A stretch of 63,991 nt of DNA, filler included, from 7 parts of 7 records of this genome joined end to end with filler, not necessarily neighbours in it, one strand, 5' to 3'. Counted from the whole stretch's first letter, positions 45,207-59,043 are shown. Notes: generated by a model from the sequence alone, not told the origin. Numbers and translations are program-made.

Positions 45207-45232
45207 GAGAGAGAGAGAGAGAGAGAGAGAGA
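45207..45232. repeat. (GA)n microsatellite at contig end
   Basis: Directly visible. Confidence 0.95.
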
Positions 45233-45332
45233 NNNNNNNNNNNNNNNNNNNNNNNNNNNNNNNNNNNNNNNNNNNNTTAATTAATTAANNNNNNNNNNNN
45301 NNNNNNNNNNNNNNNNNNNNNNNNNNNNNNNN

Positions 45333-45899
45333 AGCACCCAACACAGCGTTAGGCAACGGTCCGCAGCTACCACCTATGGTTGTTGCGCCGCCGCACGCGA
45401 TGCCGCCGCACGCGTGGCCCGGCGCGCCGATGCCCGCACACGCGCCGCAGTGGAGCGCGCCCATGCCGCCGCCGCACGCGTGGCCCGGCGCGCCGCCACT
45501 ACCGCCGCCGCCAGGGCACGGCGCACCGGCATGGACGCCGCACGCTGCGGAAGCGACGCCATTGCAGTACTTTCAGGTTCCGAACGCGAGTGCTTCTGCT
45601 GCCCCCGCTATCCCAGGTACGGGAAACGAACGAGCTGACGCGTGCGCCTGCGTTGGGGACTCGCGCCGGTCTTGCGCTCAGCAGCGAAGCGCAGCCGTAT
45701 CTGCATCCCGTGGACTGTACTCATTCGTAAGCATCTCACTTCATCGCACTTACGTTGTGTGTGGTGCGTACGCCTCTTTGTACGTGTGTGTGTTGTAGTG
45801 CTCCCCGTGATGCCGCCACCTGGTCAGCCGGGTCACCCATATCAAGCTCCGCCGCACGGCGGACCGCAAGCCCGCTCGCAGGCGCCACCGAGCCAGTAA
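45333..45899 (+). CDS. 3' end of a proline-rich protein (two exons)
   Basis: Exon ending 45616 (PPHAWPGAP x2), GT-AG intron, then exon 45799-45899 ending TAA; phases match. Confidence 0.65.
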
Positions 45900-46485
45900 G
45901 TCGCGCGCGGCGCACGCGCGCAGCCATCCTTCCCACTACGCGATTGCAACGAAGCCAGTTCGCCCTTTCCCCGATGCCATGTGCTTATTTCAATGAAAAT
46001 ATGCGAAGGAGGATTCTCGCTATGGAATAAAGAGAAATTGGCCGTGATTTTGCGCGCACTGACTGGTGCAACGATCTTGATGCCGTCGAAACGGGTCGGG
46101 AAAGTGGCGCGTGGGCGGCAGCGGCGCGCGCCTGCCTACTGCTATCGCTTTCCCTCGCCCGAAGCACTGTCTACGGCGCGGAGAGAGCGTTTCATCGCCA
46201 ATCCTCGGCCGATTCCGCATGAAGCGATCTCCCCCATGTTCACACGATCACCCTTGTTCCGGTCATTTCGGACTCGTCGGCAAACGCTAGGCCATTCGCG
46301 CGAGAACGCCACGAAACAGGGTCGAGCGCGACCACAAGATGTATTCCCCTGAAAGCACTGTATTTCGCATAAGACCATGATTCGGTTTCTTGTCGGTGCT
46401 TCTCTAGCGCGCGTCCGCCGGCGGCTCGCTTCCCTCGCTCGCCGCACGGTGCGCCCGCGACTCTCCGCGCGACTTCCAGCGCGCC

Positions 46486-49400
46486 ATGCTAACCGCGCTG
46501 CGATGCGCTCGTGCGGTGGTGTTTGTCAAGGTGCGTACTGTTGAATGGCAAAGTGCGCGCAGCAAAAGAGCTCTGCGTCCAAGGCCTTCGATTTCGCGTG
46601 GCAGAGTGCGCTGCACGCGAACAACTGCGCTCGCTGCTGACCCGCTGATGTGCCGCCGCTGAACTCACCTGCGCTCGTAGCGTAACCTCTCTCGTGTTCA
46701 TGAGAGCCCTTTACCGTTTATGAGCCTACGTGGAGCTCGAGATGGCCTCGCATCGGGAGAATTCACGGTGTGTTTGCGCCCGGCGCGCTCGCGAGCCCTG
46801 GCAACGTTGCTCGCACACGCGCACGTTTCCCTCGCCGCCAAGAACGCGCGAGGTTCAACACTTTCCCCTCAGCCCTCTTCTCCCGTTTCTTGTTATGGCT
46901 CGCATGGTTAACGCACTCTTTGTTGTGATCTGCTATACATACAGGCTGTTGATCTTGTGGATGCTGCACTAGGTCGCATGGATGACATTCGGCCCACAAA
47001 CGCCTTCACGCAGGTACGCTGGTCGCCCGAGGGAGAGGAGCGCGGCAGAAGCTCGCGCACGAGCAAGCGAGAAAGCTGAGTGCTGCTTTCCACGCGCCAA
47101 CGTCTTGGCGCCACTGCATGTGAGACTGTGCGCAAAAAAAAACTTATGCACACACACACCATATTGTTCATATATACTTCTTCCTTCACATTGCCTCGGG
47201 AACTACGTGCAGAATTTCGGTGATGCTGCGGAAGCCGCAGCAGAGGCAAGCGATGCGCGTCGAGCAAAGTCGCAGTCGCTCTCTCCTTTTGACGGTACGC
47301 TTGCCAGGTGCCGCCACGCGCCCAGCGGGCAGCTGGAAAGCGGCTTCTGGGAGCACGCAATCATCAGGCGCGGAATTTCGATTCTCTACGACACCTCGAT
47401 CGTGTCCATAACGCACGGGGGCGCCGGTCCATTTGTGATGTTGCAGGGATTCCGCTGGCGGTCAAAGACAACTTCTGTACCGAACGCGGCGTAACGACGG
47501 CGGGCAGCGCAATGCTGCAGTCGTTTTCCGCCCTATACGACGCAACTGTGGTAGAGTCACTAGAAAAGCAAGCAGGCATGGTAAGCCTCGTTGAGAAATT
47601 CGATCAACACTTCCCTTTGCAGCAAAGTTTCGGCGGATTGTTTGCAGTAGCCGTCAGCGAATGAAACGCAGTTAGTCGCCTTGACAGCGTAAAACTTGTT
47701 TCCTCAACCCTATCTTCAAGTTACTTTTCTTTTGATATACTGATGGTATTCTCATATCACCCTATCGATATTGAACGCTGCTGCTTTGTCCTGTCCTTTG
47801 GGCTTTCCTCTTTGGCTTTCCTCCTTCCTGCTTCGCTTCTCTCTAACATCTGGAAGGTGGTCGTCGGAAAAACGAATATGGATGAGTTTGGTATGGGTAG
47901 TACCGGGAACCACTCTAGGTTTGGAGTTATCCGTACTATGGATGGAAGATCGCCCGGCGGTTCCTCCGGCGGCTCTGCTGTCGCGGTGATGGAAGGCGCT
48001 GCGTTCGCCGCTCTCGGATCCGACACGGGAGGAAGTGTTCGTCTTCCAGCGGCGAAATGCGGTATTGTCGGGTACAAGGTATGCGTAGAGATACGCATGA
48101 AGCAGCACATGCAAGGCCAACTTCTCCACTTTCCACAAAACCAATGTGTCTGATGCGGAAAGAAAGCGCCGTTTGTCCAACTCGAGGACAATCGATAGTG
48201 CGGAGAAATCGAGCACCGAGTCAAACCCCAATACCACAGATTTCACTGAAACAATGCGTAGGAATCGCAACAGTGTCGCTTCGCGCTTCTTCTCGCGGTT
48301 CTCTGCCCTCACACAATCTCGATAGTGTGACAATCATGAATGTTGATGGATCTCTGTTGCGCGTTTCCGTCGTCTGTGTATTGCTGTGAACGTGAACAGC
48401 CAACGTACGGTCTCTTCTCGCGCCACGGACTCGTTACCTACGCGAGTTCCCTCGACTGTCCTGCGCTCTTGACCCGTAATGGTACGGTTTCTGAACGCTC
48501 CAAGTAGCACCATGCGCGAGCAGGGAAGTTAGGGAAGAAACACGTACATCTCTATCACAAACATCAAACACGGATCTCTCTGTGTATGATTCTACAATGC
48601 TCGGTACACAGATCTTTCTTCCTCTCTCCATTAGTGTATCTTTCTTTTCTCCTTTGCACTGATTTACTCATAGGCAAGTAGGGCAATCTTCTTATTTTTC
48701 AACGTATTGTAGTATATTCGGTTCTCAATAGCACTGGAACCTCGTACCAGAACGAGAAAGTAGGACCATGTACTCACTGTGTTCACGCAATGAGAACATT
48801 CTCGGTTCACATCGACGTTTTCTCCGAGAAAAGTTCTTTGTCTCGCAGAGTGATGTTGTGGCTTTCTGCAAGTCGTTTCTCTATTTCTCGCATTGTACGG
48901 CGTTCATCTTTGTGATTTTTGCGATATGATGTGCACTTGTATTTGTTTTTGATTAGGTTAGTTTCTGAGCTTTCCTTCGTTCCCATCGTTTCTCTTGTAC
49001 TACATTTCTCTCTTCAAGTCTGATCGCTTTCTTTGCCCGCTTATATATTTTATTATGTACCTATGTATCGTGTGTCCCTTTCTGTAATTGTAGTTCGCGA
49101 TATTGCTGCAATTGTTCCGCATTTGAACGTTTATGATACGAGAGATCCAACGAGTATCAACCTACCTTCGCAGCGCGAAAGAATCTCTTCCGAGTGTCGT
49201 ATGATTGACCAGAACAATGACATAGGTACGAGTTTTTCCCCATGAATGAAAATATTTACGACTTTGATAGAATATTGTACCGCCATGATCAGTGGTGACA
49301 AAGTATATGGAGGTATTGTGCTTCATTATCTCCGCAAGTTCACAAAAATATCGTATCATGTATGGTGTAGTTCATCGTCCAGCCGTGTCTTCTTTTCGAC

Positions 49401-51204
49401 GTTTATTGCCAAAAGGCTTTCCTATTGAACGTGCAGAGCAACAATATTCCAACGATACTCCCTTGTTTCCTTTGTTGGTGGTATGAATACGATGCAGATC
49501 TCTCGGATTTTCGCGTTGGAATAGTTCGCGAAAGTATCGAAGATGCAGGGGAAGCTGCTACTTCCGCTGCTGCGAGTCAGCTCGCTGAAAAAGGCGCCAA
49601 AATCTCCCTGCAAAGCATTCCTCACTACGGTATGTGCGTCAATGAGATGATGGACAGCACCGTGTCGCAGTAAAGGAAGCTTCCGTGTACTATCAAATAA
49701 TGTTTCGCGCGGAAGAGCGTCTTCTACGAAAGATGGTCGTGAAAGAGACTTTGTCAGTGACTTCCTGATTTCACTGGTTCTGTTTGATGTTACTTTTTCG
49801 GTTTGTTTTTTGGATAATTTTGTGATTCCGAGTTTACAGTTTCGACCTTTAGATACATCGTAGAGTCATAAACCCGAAATGGTTTCCGCAGTATAGCCCA
49901 CAGGAACTCCATTGCGAGTATTGCGAACCAATGTAGTGCGTTTGATCGTACAATTGTGCTGCTTTGTTGAATTCCGTTGTCTATTCTCCAGTTTCTGGTT
50001 GTGATTTCAGAATGCTTGCACAGCTCCAATTTTCCTCGTTTACCCACCAAGGCAATCGTGCCAAAGAAATGGTTCCTCTTACACCCGAACCACACTTTCT
50101 TCGCATTATTCGTATCGGTTGTCCATATGCTTCTCGTCAACATGTTGCAACGGGACAGGTATTTCTCTTGCGACGTATTACATCATTGCAACAGCCGAAG
50201 CATCATCGAATCTCGCGCGATATGACGGACTGCGATACGGTGGAAGCAAAGTCTACGGTAAGAGATCCGAAGAAATGAGCTACGTATTCTTTGGAGAAAG
50301 AAAAGAAACAGCATCATCATCTCTGAGAAAATCACTGTAGAGTTCGACGAGTCTCTATCGAGGACCTTCTCGTTCCTATCGCACGTTTTCCAGACTCGCT
50401 TTCCGTCGCAATCGATGGTATCTGTGCGCTTTCCTCCGCCATAGAGCTCGTAACACAGACATTATGATCGTTTTTGCGGCTGTATATTCGCAATCTCCAT
50501 GTACAATAGAAGAGAACAGCTTCCATGAAACACTTTCGCAGTGTCGAGCAAACGATTTCGGTGATGAGGTGAAGAGGAGAATTCTCACAGGAACATTCAC
50601 TCTCTCCCAAGAGCATCGAGCTGCGTTCTTCGACAAGGTACGTGCAAGAGAGGGAAGAATACGTGCACATTTCGTGACAAGGAGAAAAGTTGTGTAGAAA
50701 AGACGGAGTGCGTGGGTCCGCGAAGAGTTGGATTCTGTCTTTACTTCTCATTTCTGAACGAATTGTTTCCTCTCTCTCTCTAAGCGGATGATCGTTCGGA
50801 AGAGTCACATTCCCATTTCATCGTTGCGAACGTTTCGTCTGCATTGTGCAATGTGTGTACTTGCTCTGATGATTCGTGGATCAATTGCTACGATATCGCT
50901 TCGTTCCCGTTTCTTCTCTTCGAGTCTGCAGGCAACACAGTGTCGTAGACTGATCGCCAATGATTTCCAACGCGTTTTTGAGGAAGTTGATGCGCTACTG
51001 CTTCCTTCGTTCGCGGAAAGTGGAATTGTTGATTCGGATCCTGTCAATGAGTACCGAACGGATTCGTGTACGGTTCCCGCGTCACTGGCCGGTATTCCAG
51101 CCGTTACAGTACCTGGGAGTAACGGCCCCGTGCAGATCCTCGCCCCACTGCTCCGTGACCACCGCGCCTTGCAAATTGCTACGGTGTTGAGCGAAACGAG
51201 ATAA
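46486..51204 (+). CDS. QRSL1: Mitochondrial glutamyl-tRNA(Gln) amidotransferase subunit A (GatA), 12 exons, apparently complete
   Basis: Exons 46486-46530, 46681-46767, 46945-47013, 47213-47294, 47447-47580, 47857-48078, 48400-48481, 49094-49225, 49498-49629, 50159-50257, 50510-50637 and 50932-51204. Motifs [41 protein letters not shown] and EVKRRI. Presequence-like N-terminus [19 protein letters not shown]. Confidence 0.95.
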
Positions 51205-51869
51205 TGATAAAACGATGAAGTGATGAAATAAAAGCTGCTGTGGAAGTGCAGAGCGTTTGTGACTCTCCTCCTCTCCTCTTCTCCTCGTCAATCGAACACA
51301 ACGCGACCTTCTACGACTGTATCCGCTTCACAATCGTATAATAACGTAGTACGAGGTGCAACAGGATACTTGCACTCGCTTCCGCTCTGCAAAAAAGTGA
51401 TGAAAATCACTGTATTTCACTATCGCGCTTCCCAACCAGTGACAAAGCGCAGAGAAGCGGGATCGGTGAAGAAGGAAAACACAGCGAGAACGACCAGGAG
51501 AACCACAAGGAAACAAGAGCGGCGACCACAATGAAACAGGGGAGAGAAATGCTGCTGTGGCCGTGGTAGAGGCAGCACAAACAGCAACAAAGAAACGAAG
51601 AATACACCTGTACTCTTGTTCCTCGCGCAACAGAGTTACGACAGCGAGAGGAACAGGTCTTCTGCGGATCATTTGGCAAAGCAACGGTAGAGCGACGCGG
51701 AAAGCAGCGATTCGCTCGTGGTTCCGCGCGCACCATTCGCAGAGAAGCGGGAGAGCTTGACGCTCGTCTGCGAAGATAAGAGCGCGGTCATACAGCCCAC
51801 AAGGCAAATGTGGCGCCCTACAACACAAGAGGAGTGGCGGGCGCTGCGTTTTTTTGTGCAACGAGGTTC

Positions 51870-52500
51870 TTAGATTTCCTCAGCAAACAGCTCCTTGGTG
51901 TCGACGCGGAAGAACGGCCGATCGTACGCCTTGATCTGGACATCGCACGACGAAGCGAACCAGCGGAGATGTGAGAGAGCGCCTCTCCCGCCGCCTCTAG
52001 GCCACCACGGGCGCAGCAAAGCAACGCAGATCCGCCTTTCTACTTAGCAGAGACACTAGGGATGATTGCCACTACACTACATATCGAATCCGACGAAGCG
52101 TCACGACCGCAACCCAACATGCGCTCGACGAACACGGCACATTGATATGCTTCCAAATAGGGTCAAGGTATAGACGAGCGTCAAAGTATGGGGATTTACG
52201 ATTCATGTTGCAAGGGTTTCGTAAATAGTAGCGGTGAACGGCACCAAGCGAACGCAGCACGCGATACAGAGGCGGTTCGCTACTGTGTTCGCATCGAATC
52301 CTGGACAATACCGGTGCCGTCACCTCGACGCACACAGACCCGTTTCTATTACGGCACACGCTGCTACGGCACCAGCCGCCCGTGCGCGCTGGTCGGTGCG
52401 TTCCTGCAGCCAAAACGTACCGTTTTCCCAGCACTGTCAGTGTGCGCGACCGAGACGTGCATAAGACCAGTGGAAAGGTCGTACACGGCAGCGTGAAGAT
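51870..52500 (-). CDS. C-terminal exons of a dcd1-like / peptidase C45 (Ntn-hydrolase) protein
   Basis: Exons 52500-52421 and 51935-51870 splice to (D)LHAAVYDLSTGLMHVSVAHTDSAGKT|IKAYDRPFFRVDTKELFAEEI-stop, resembling protist dcd1-like C-termini as recalled. Upstream exons not resolved. Confidence 0.55.
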
Positions 52501-53190
52501 CTGCAGGATCACAGCACAGGGGAGATTTCGCACGAGGGTTCAAAGAGAAGCAGACGCCACAGGTAGCACTACGTGCAGACGCATCCCCGATTCAATGCGT
52601 ATTTGCCTGTGCGGACGAGGTGCATCTTGCCACTTGGCGCAAGAAAAGCGAGAGCATCTTCGCAAGGACAGCCAGCAGTCCAGCAAGCACCCCCGACGCG
52701 TACAGCTACCGCAGAACCGTGAGCACTCACTCGTACACACGGCGGTTGGAGCCGCAATGGCCGGTTTGACACAGCGACAGGAAAAGTGGTGAATCGAAGT
52801 GTGAGTCCTCGCTATGCTGCGTGCTCCCGTGGGGAATACACGGAGCAGGAATTAGCAAGGCAAAGGCAAACAAGAAAGAAATCGATGACGACATCCTCCA
52901 CGTCGCTCTCGCATAGTCAGTTGCCTACACATACTCTGTATCTCGCTCAGCTTTTACAAAGCGTTCGTAGCAATCTCTGTGACTATCGCTGTGTCTACGT
53001 ATGCTGGCGATACATTGTACGAGTATTGGCGGGACGGTGTAGCGCAAAGAGCGCACAATCAACAGCACAACCGCGATATCATCCGCACGAATCCGCTACT
53101 GCCCAACAAGCGCCGCAACAATCAGCGACTACCATCCTTTATCCGCAATCGTCAGCGATCAACCGCTACTCTCCGTAACCGCCACGAATC

Positions 53191-53261
53191 GTCCACTACT
53201 CTCCACTACTCTCAACGACTCTCAACGACTTTCAACGACTCTCGAATACTCTCAACGACTC
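53191..53261. repeat. 10-bp minisatellite (CTCAACGACT-like) at contig end
   Basis: About 7 degenerate tandem copies. Confidence 0.85.
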
Positions 53262-53361
53262 NNNNNNNNNNNNNNNNNNNNNNNNNNNNNNNNNNNNNNN
53301 NNNNNTTAATTAATTAANNNNNNNNNNNNNNNNNNNNNNNNNNNNNNNNNNNNNNNNNNNN

Positions 53362-53955
53362 GGAGGAGGAAGAGGAGGAGAGAGAGGAGGAAGAGGAGGA
53401 GGAGGAAGAGGGCATGTCGTTGATCACGTATATTCTGAAAGCTTCAACACGGGCATTAGTGCTGCTGAAGCGTTTGCATTGGTCCAGCAGGAACGCATGC
53501 AGCGTGAGGAGCGGTCTAACCGGTCGCGCGGCGATCGCGGCGGACGAGGCCGCGGTGCTCCGCCGACTGAACCGTCGATCCACCATGCGCAGAATCCACC
53601 GCAGCAACACAACGCTGTGACTTCAATTCCCGCAGCACAACCTCCAAATTACCGTGATAATGCATCGCGAGGCGGCCATCGTGGCGGTCGGGGCTCATCG
53701 CGTGAGAGCGGGAATCGTGGTGCTTATGCCGCGCGATCCGAAGCGGCTGCGCCAATGCTCAGTGCCGCCGAGGCTTTCGCGCTTGTGCAGCAGCAAAAAC
53801 GAGGCGATTCTCGGGCATATTCCCGTACAACACAGAGCGAAGAGCAGCACGTAGAGCAGCACGTAGACAAACCGAGTACGCAACGCTCGATCCGCAGTGG
53901 TGCGGAACCGTACGAACCGCCGCGAAGGCGGAAGAAGCGATGGATGGCACAGTAG
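53362..53955 (+). CDS. 3' end of an RGG-rich low-complexity protein with a duplicated SAAEAFALVQQ motif
   Basis: Open frame from the contig start (GGA repeats = GGGRGG) to TAG at 53955; motif copies at ~53458 and ~53761. Confidence 0.6.
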   Translation, partial: GGGRGGERGGRGGGGRGHVVDHVYSESFNTGISAAEAFALVQQERMQREERSNRSRGDRGGRGRGAPPTEPSIHHAQNPPQQHNAVTSIPAAQPPNYRDNASRGGHRGGRGSSRESGNRGAYAARSEAAAPMLSAAEAFALVQQQKRGDSRAYSRTTQSEEQHVEQHVDKPSTQRSIRSGAEPYEPPRRRKKRWMAQ

Positions 53956-56842
53956 GACGTGAATTCGACGCGAATACATGCGATATTGTCCAGGAACGCG
54001 CTATCTGATCCTATTATTGCACAGAAGTTTCATTCTCGCGCGTAAACCAATATGCATTTGTCCACGTTTACCATCTCCCTCTATCGCCCTCACGCACTCT
54101 CTCTTCATCGTGATACGCACCTCATTTGGGTGGGAATGCGCCCCCTAATCCTTCGTTTCTAGTGGCATTTCAATATGCATATGGGGAAAATAGTGTGTGG
54201 GGGGGAGAAATGCACTTCTTGTAGTTGATTTGTGCGCAGAGCGACGAGCGGACGAGGTGACGCTGAACGAAGTCGCATTCTCGCGTTGTCTCTCGCACAC
54301 GTTCTCTACCCGAACCAACGACGTGCTAACCCTTTTTTCCCACACTTTCTTTGTGTAAACATTTGAGATTCCACATCTGTGATGGATAGGATGGTTGTGG
54401 AGGAAATGGCGACGCTGCAGAACAGTGTGGCGCGTTTGCGTAATTTCAGTTTCTTCTGCTTTCGACCTGCGAACCGCAGAGGTCACGAATCGCCGGCTAC
54501 AGTTGTTATTTTTCCCTATATCCGAGTACCAAAAAGCTCTCGAGTTTTTCTCGCTTTACAGGTGTCTTTTCGTAGAGGACGGGGTGCACTTCTTGCATGG
54601 TGGCGTCGCTTCACGACACTTCGCACAGGCGAGAGTCCCTTGCGCGAGCTTTTCCTTTGTCCCCTACCAGGTCAGAAGGGGACAGGCTCTCGCTGCTTTC
54701 AGAAAGAGATTAGTTAGAATACTGAACAAAGTAAAAATGAAACAGAATATCAAACGGTAGTATAGGTGTCAGTGCAAGAATGATAGAGCAGGGGAAATGA
54801 TTTGAAAACCTCCAGCACGGTGACCTCCATCACCATGCAATCGTGATTTTTGAAACAACCCTATTGAAAAGCAACGAACCGTATAGTACTTTGATGTAGC
54901 CCAATTCACAGGCACTGGTGAGACCGGGCGTGGCGTGCTCTATCGCTTCGTCGTGCCACTCGGTGCTCGTGAGCGAGCCGCGTTTCCTGGTCGACGGTGC
55001 TGCTCCAAGCAGATTGTCCCTTTTGTGTTTGTACCATCTTCGGGCCGCATCTCCCTCAGGTTTCGGCTAATTTCGTGATTAAAGCAAAAGTTTAGAAGCG
55101 ATAAGTGCACAGGTGCGTGGAAATCTCGTTGTCGACGAAGAGCGCATCGGTGTGACTGTGGCGGGGTTTCAGTGGCTTTGGCTGCTCGCACGCAGCTCGC
55201 GCGCCGGAGTGTCGTTCGGTAGACTTTGCTTTCAAACAGATTCTTGCAACATCGTACTTGTAATGCCGTGGCGGACACCCGGTGAGAAGCTTCAAGGCTA
55301 TTCTTGTCACTTATTGCCGAGTAGTTGATGGATTCCTCGCTGCCGCGTCGCTGTTGGCCGCTTGTGGCTGGTTGCGAGTGCTCGTGCTTGCGCTCTTTGA
55401 CCTGGTGCGCTCCGAGCTGGCGGCATTGCGTTGTAGCGGAGAGGAGCGGGCGCTCCAGTTCTCTTTGGCGCTGGTCGAGTCGCACGCTGTCTGTGGCTCC
55501 GGATTTCTTTGGTTTGCAACCGTAGCGCTATTAAGGACACAAAGAAACTGTATAGATACCTACGGTGGTCGATAAAGTCGCGGAATGGCTTTGCAGCCCT
55601 GTGCGCTGAGCTACTCTGTGCACCGCCTTTGTAGTGGAGCTCTGGTTCCCCTTCCCCGTGCTCGCTCTGCGGCGGCGTCCGTCCGCGTTGCGCCACCCAA
55701 GATAGCTCGCCACCTTGTCTTTGCGAAGGCCTTGCAGGCCCTGTTCCCGCGTAGCTTTCCCTATTCCATATATAGTAGGTAACCGTTGGTGCTATAGGTA
55801 GCCCTACAAACGCTTCGTGGTGTCGCTGAACGAGAAAATGTTTGCGTATGTGTGGGAGATAGGTATGGCAGTGACGACGCGCGGTCGCCTGGGGCTCCAG
55901 CGCGCGACCGAGGACCTGCCGCGGCGGACCAGGTGGAAGCGCGCCGTGCCCGCCGCTGTTCGCAGCGCCGGAGATCCGCTCGCACCTGGCGCCTTGCCAC
56001 GGCTTTCTGTTTCGAAGAGCCTGAAGTAGTACAAAGATTAGATAGCGTATTCCCTGCGTCTGGTTCTTGATCGATGGTTGTGTAAGAGGAATGTCTTGCT
56101 GCTTGGCGAGCGCGCAATGCGAGCGGCTGTGCCTTTGCACTCGCGCGCTGTGCTCGTTGCGGCCGCCGCGCGCGCACCAGGTTCGACCGCGAACACCTTT
56201 TCCTCCGTCCTGCCGCCTCGCGGGAAGCGCATCGTTGCCAATCGTCCGCGCGCGCTTTTAGGATTATAGCAACCAATTATTAGCGTCGAGAATGAAATAT
56301 TTGTAGCTTTTCTGGTTTGGGTGTGGATGCTGCGCTCCATCGTTTCTGCTGCGTTGCGAGCGTGTACGTCTGGGTTTGCGTCGTCCCCGGGCTGCAGCGC
56401 GCGGTCTCCGCGCGGCTTCTGGGCCGGACGCGCGGATAAGGCTCGCGGCGAGCGCGCGAACGGCGCCAGCGGCGACACAGCGCACGCTGTCCTCATCTCC
56501 TGTCCCCACTGCGCCCGGCGGAGCTCACAATGCACCACCTTCATTCCCTCAATGCTTCCCACACATCGCCATTTTGCTCTATACACAGCGTGGGAAAGGT
56601 GCCGGGGGCGGGCTGGAAGATGGTGGAGCGGAGGCGTGCGACCTGTTTAGGGGGGAATCCCTGGTTTCGCGTGTTAGCGCTGCGCCTCCTCCTCAGCACT
56701 CCCGCTTGACTGCACTCCCGCGCTCTCCGCCACACCTCCCGCAGGGTACTCAGCGGGGCCACGACGAACCCCGCTCGCGCCGCTACAATTGCAAGCTAGC
56801 GTATCCGCATCGATTATCTGCAATAATTCTCAGTAGCTGGTG

Positions 56843-58555
56843 ATGTCGCTTGGAAGTCGCTTGAGCGCGAAAGCCGCGGAAAAGAAGCGTGCGGGGCCGA
56901 ATTCGTCGTCCGCAGGCGAGCAGGCGAGCACGCGCGGCGGCGCGCCGTCCGCGGCGAGCAGCCGCAAGCGCGACGCGCGACCCGATGCAGACGACACGGA
57001 CACCTACGAGGTCGAGCTGTCGGAGATGGTCGGCCCGATGTCTCCAGAACCAGAGGCTGACGATAGTGAAGGAACGATGTCGTGGGAACGTGCGTCGGAT
57101 ATTTCGCGCGAACAGCGGCAGCAAGATACAGCGAGCAGGCGCGTCATCTCCCCTGCGCCGCGTCCGAAGCGCGGCGAGCTGGGCGACGTGCTCGGCGCGC
57201 AGCAGAGCCTGGGTGTCGATCTCTTGCGCGTTGCGAAAGAATTCCGAACCGCATTTACTGAAACTCCCGAAGAGCGAGAGAAGCGACGCAGTATTCGAAG
57301 GCAGTCACTAACGAAAGAGGAAGAGGATGCTTCGGATATCCAGGATGTGGTACGAAGGAGCTTGGCAAGGTTTGGCGCGTAGAGAGCGCTCTGCGCCAAA
57401 GTTGGTCGTGGTGGCTCGGAGCGCTCTTCTGCTTCCAGCGCGTGTTCTTGCAGGAAATTTCCCAACGATGAATTTTCAGTGCGAGCTGTTAGTATGAAGT
57501 CAAATTTGAATGACAACACGTGCCTCTTTTTAACGATATCCTGTACCCCCTTTCTTCCTTTGCGCGTTGATAGGATGCGGACAAGCTCCGGCTTGCTGGA
57601 GCGTATGTGCGGGACGCGCTCGCGGGTCGCCTCGACCACGGAGAAGCCTCGATGCTCGACGCGGATGTCATTACGCGGCGCGCGTTTTATATTCAAATTT
57701 CTCCGCTGTGGGGAAAATTTGTATATATCACTGCGTTGGTCCAGCTTCTGTCTGTCTTCACGGAGCCGGCTTGTTATCGTGAGGCTAAGGACATGCCGGA
57801 TGGTCGAGTTTACCACGTCTTCTGGTCGGCTTGGTCGGAGAAGGTTCGCTCTTACGCCTGAGTGCGACTTCGCTGCGCGTGTGTAGGTTCTCGTTATGCT
57901 CCGAAATGCAAAAGAAAAAATGCTCATAGTGTTTCCTATTTATCATGTCAGTGCTCTGTTCTTAACTACGAGAAAAAATCACAGCTTGTCGCATCGTGAT
58001 AAATTTTGCTTTCCAAGCGTATCTGTTGCCCAAGGTAGTCGGTTCTGTGCTCTGCGATTATTGCGCAGAACCAGTTTGATTCTTTTCTCTTTTCCACGCA
58101 AAGACGACGCGATACTGGCAACCCTTTACCATATGCGCAAGTGCTTTCGGTATTACTTTCCTGTCGCTACACAGTGAAACACTAGGCAGGGGTATTTTCA
58201 CCCGCTTTTTTATCTTTGTAAACAGTAGGCGATACGAGAGGCGAAAGGGGATGAGACCTGTGCTGCTTCCCGAGCTGGAGTTGTCCTTCGCTGCGCTGCG
58301 AAACGCAATGAACCTGCTTCCTATGTCGTCTCTACTCTTCCTTTTCTCATGGGTTTCTTTTTTCTTTTTTTTATGCAGCCATGGCACGAAATTGTGTTTT
58401 TGTCGGTGTTTTACGTGGATACGTTTATGAAGATGCGGTACCTTGGAGGATTACGATCATACATCTCGAAAAAGTGGCACTTCCGCCTCTTCTTAGTGAT
58501 TGTGATTATGACGATTGATGTGCTTCAGAATTTCCTCTTCGACACGAGATTGCAA
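56843..58555 (+). CDS. Two-pore-channel-like voltage-gated cation channel, N-terminal part, spliced
   Basis: Phase-0 exons 56843-57349, 57574-57843 and 58379-58555 give LRLAGAYVRDALAGR, S1 ending FTEP, S2 EIVFLSVFYVDTFMK and S3 W...MTID. Truncated by the contig end. Confidence 0.7.
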
Positions 58556-59043
58556 GTACGTTTTTCCAAATTCGCTCAACGTAAGGGTATTCGTGCGCCT
58601 TTNNNNNNNNNNNNNNNNNNNNNNNNNNNNNNNNNNNNNNNNNNNNTTAATTAATTAANNNNNNNNNNNNNNNNNNNNNNNNNNNNNNNNNNNNNNNNNN
58701 NNCGTATATGCGCGAGACACATGAATGATTATACAGTTAGCACGTCCTATCGCCGGCTGCAAGTGATCGGGCCGCGGTCGGAGCGCAAGCGTAGGTGCAG
58801 TTGCGCGCACAACGCGCGCGTCGCGAGCAGCCCAACGTGCCCCGTGCAGGGATGAGCCGGCTTCAGCAAGCGCAAGCGAATTCGTCGGGCAGCATAAGAT
58901 ACATGAGGGGAAACCGGTGTCCCAGAGACGCCATAATTGCACGCACTCACATTATAATAGTAGTCGAAGCGGTGAGCCATCGGAAGCGCCCGTGCCTGCG
59001 TCCGCGGGAGCGCCAACGGGAGGCGGCGGCGGCGGCAGCGTAC

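Noticed and set aside
53191-53261. CRISPR array or telomere
   Set aside because: Spacerless degenerate 10-mers, no cas genes, and not a telomeric motif I recognise.
54100-56700. Possible minus-strand gene in contig 6
   Set aside because: I could not build a consistent exon chain or recognise a product.
57004-57927. 307-aa minus-strand ORF
   Set aside because: Antisense to the spliced channel gene, which has much better motif and splice support.
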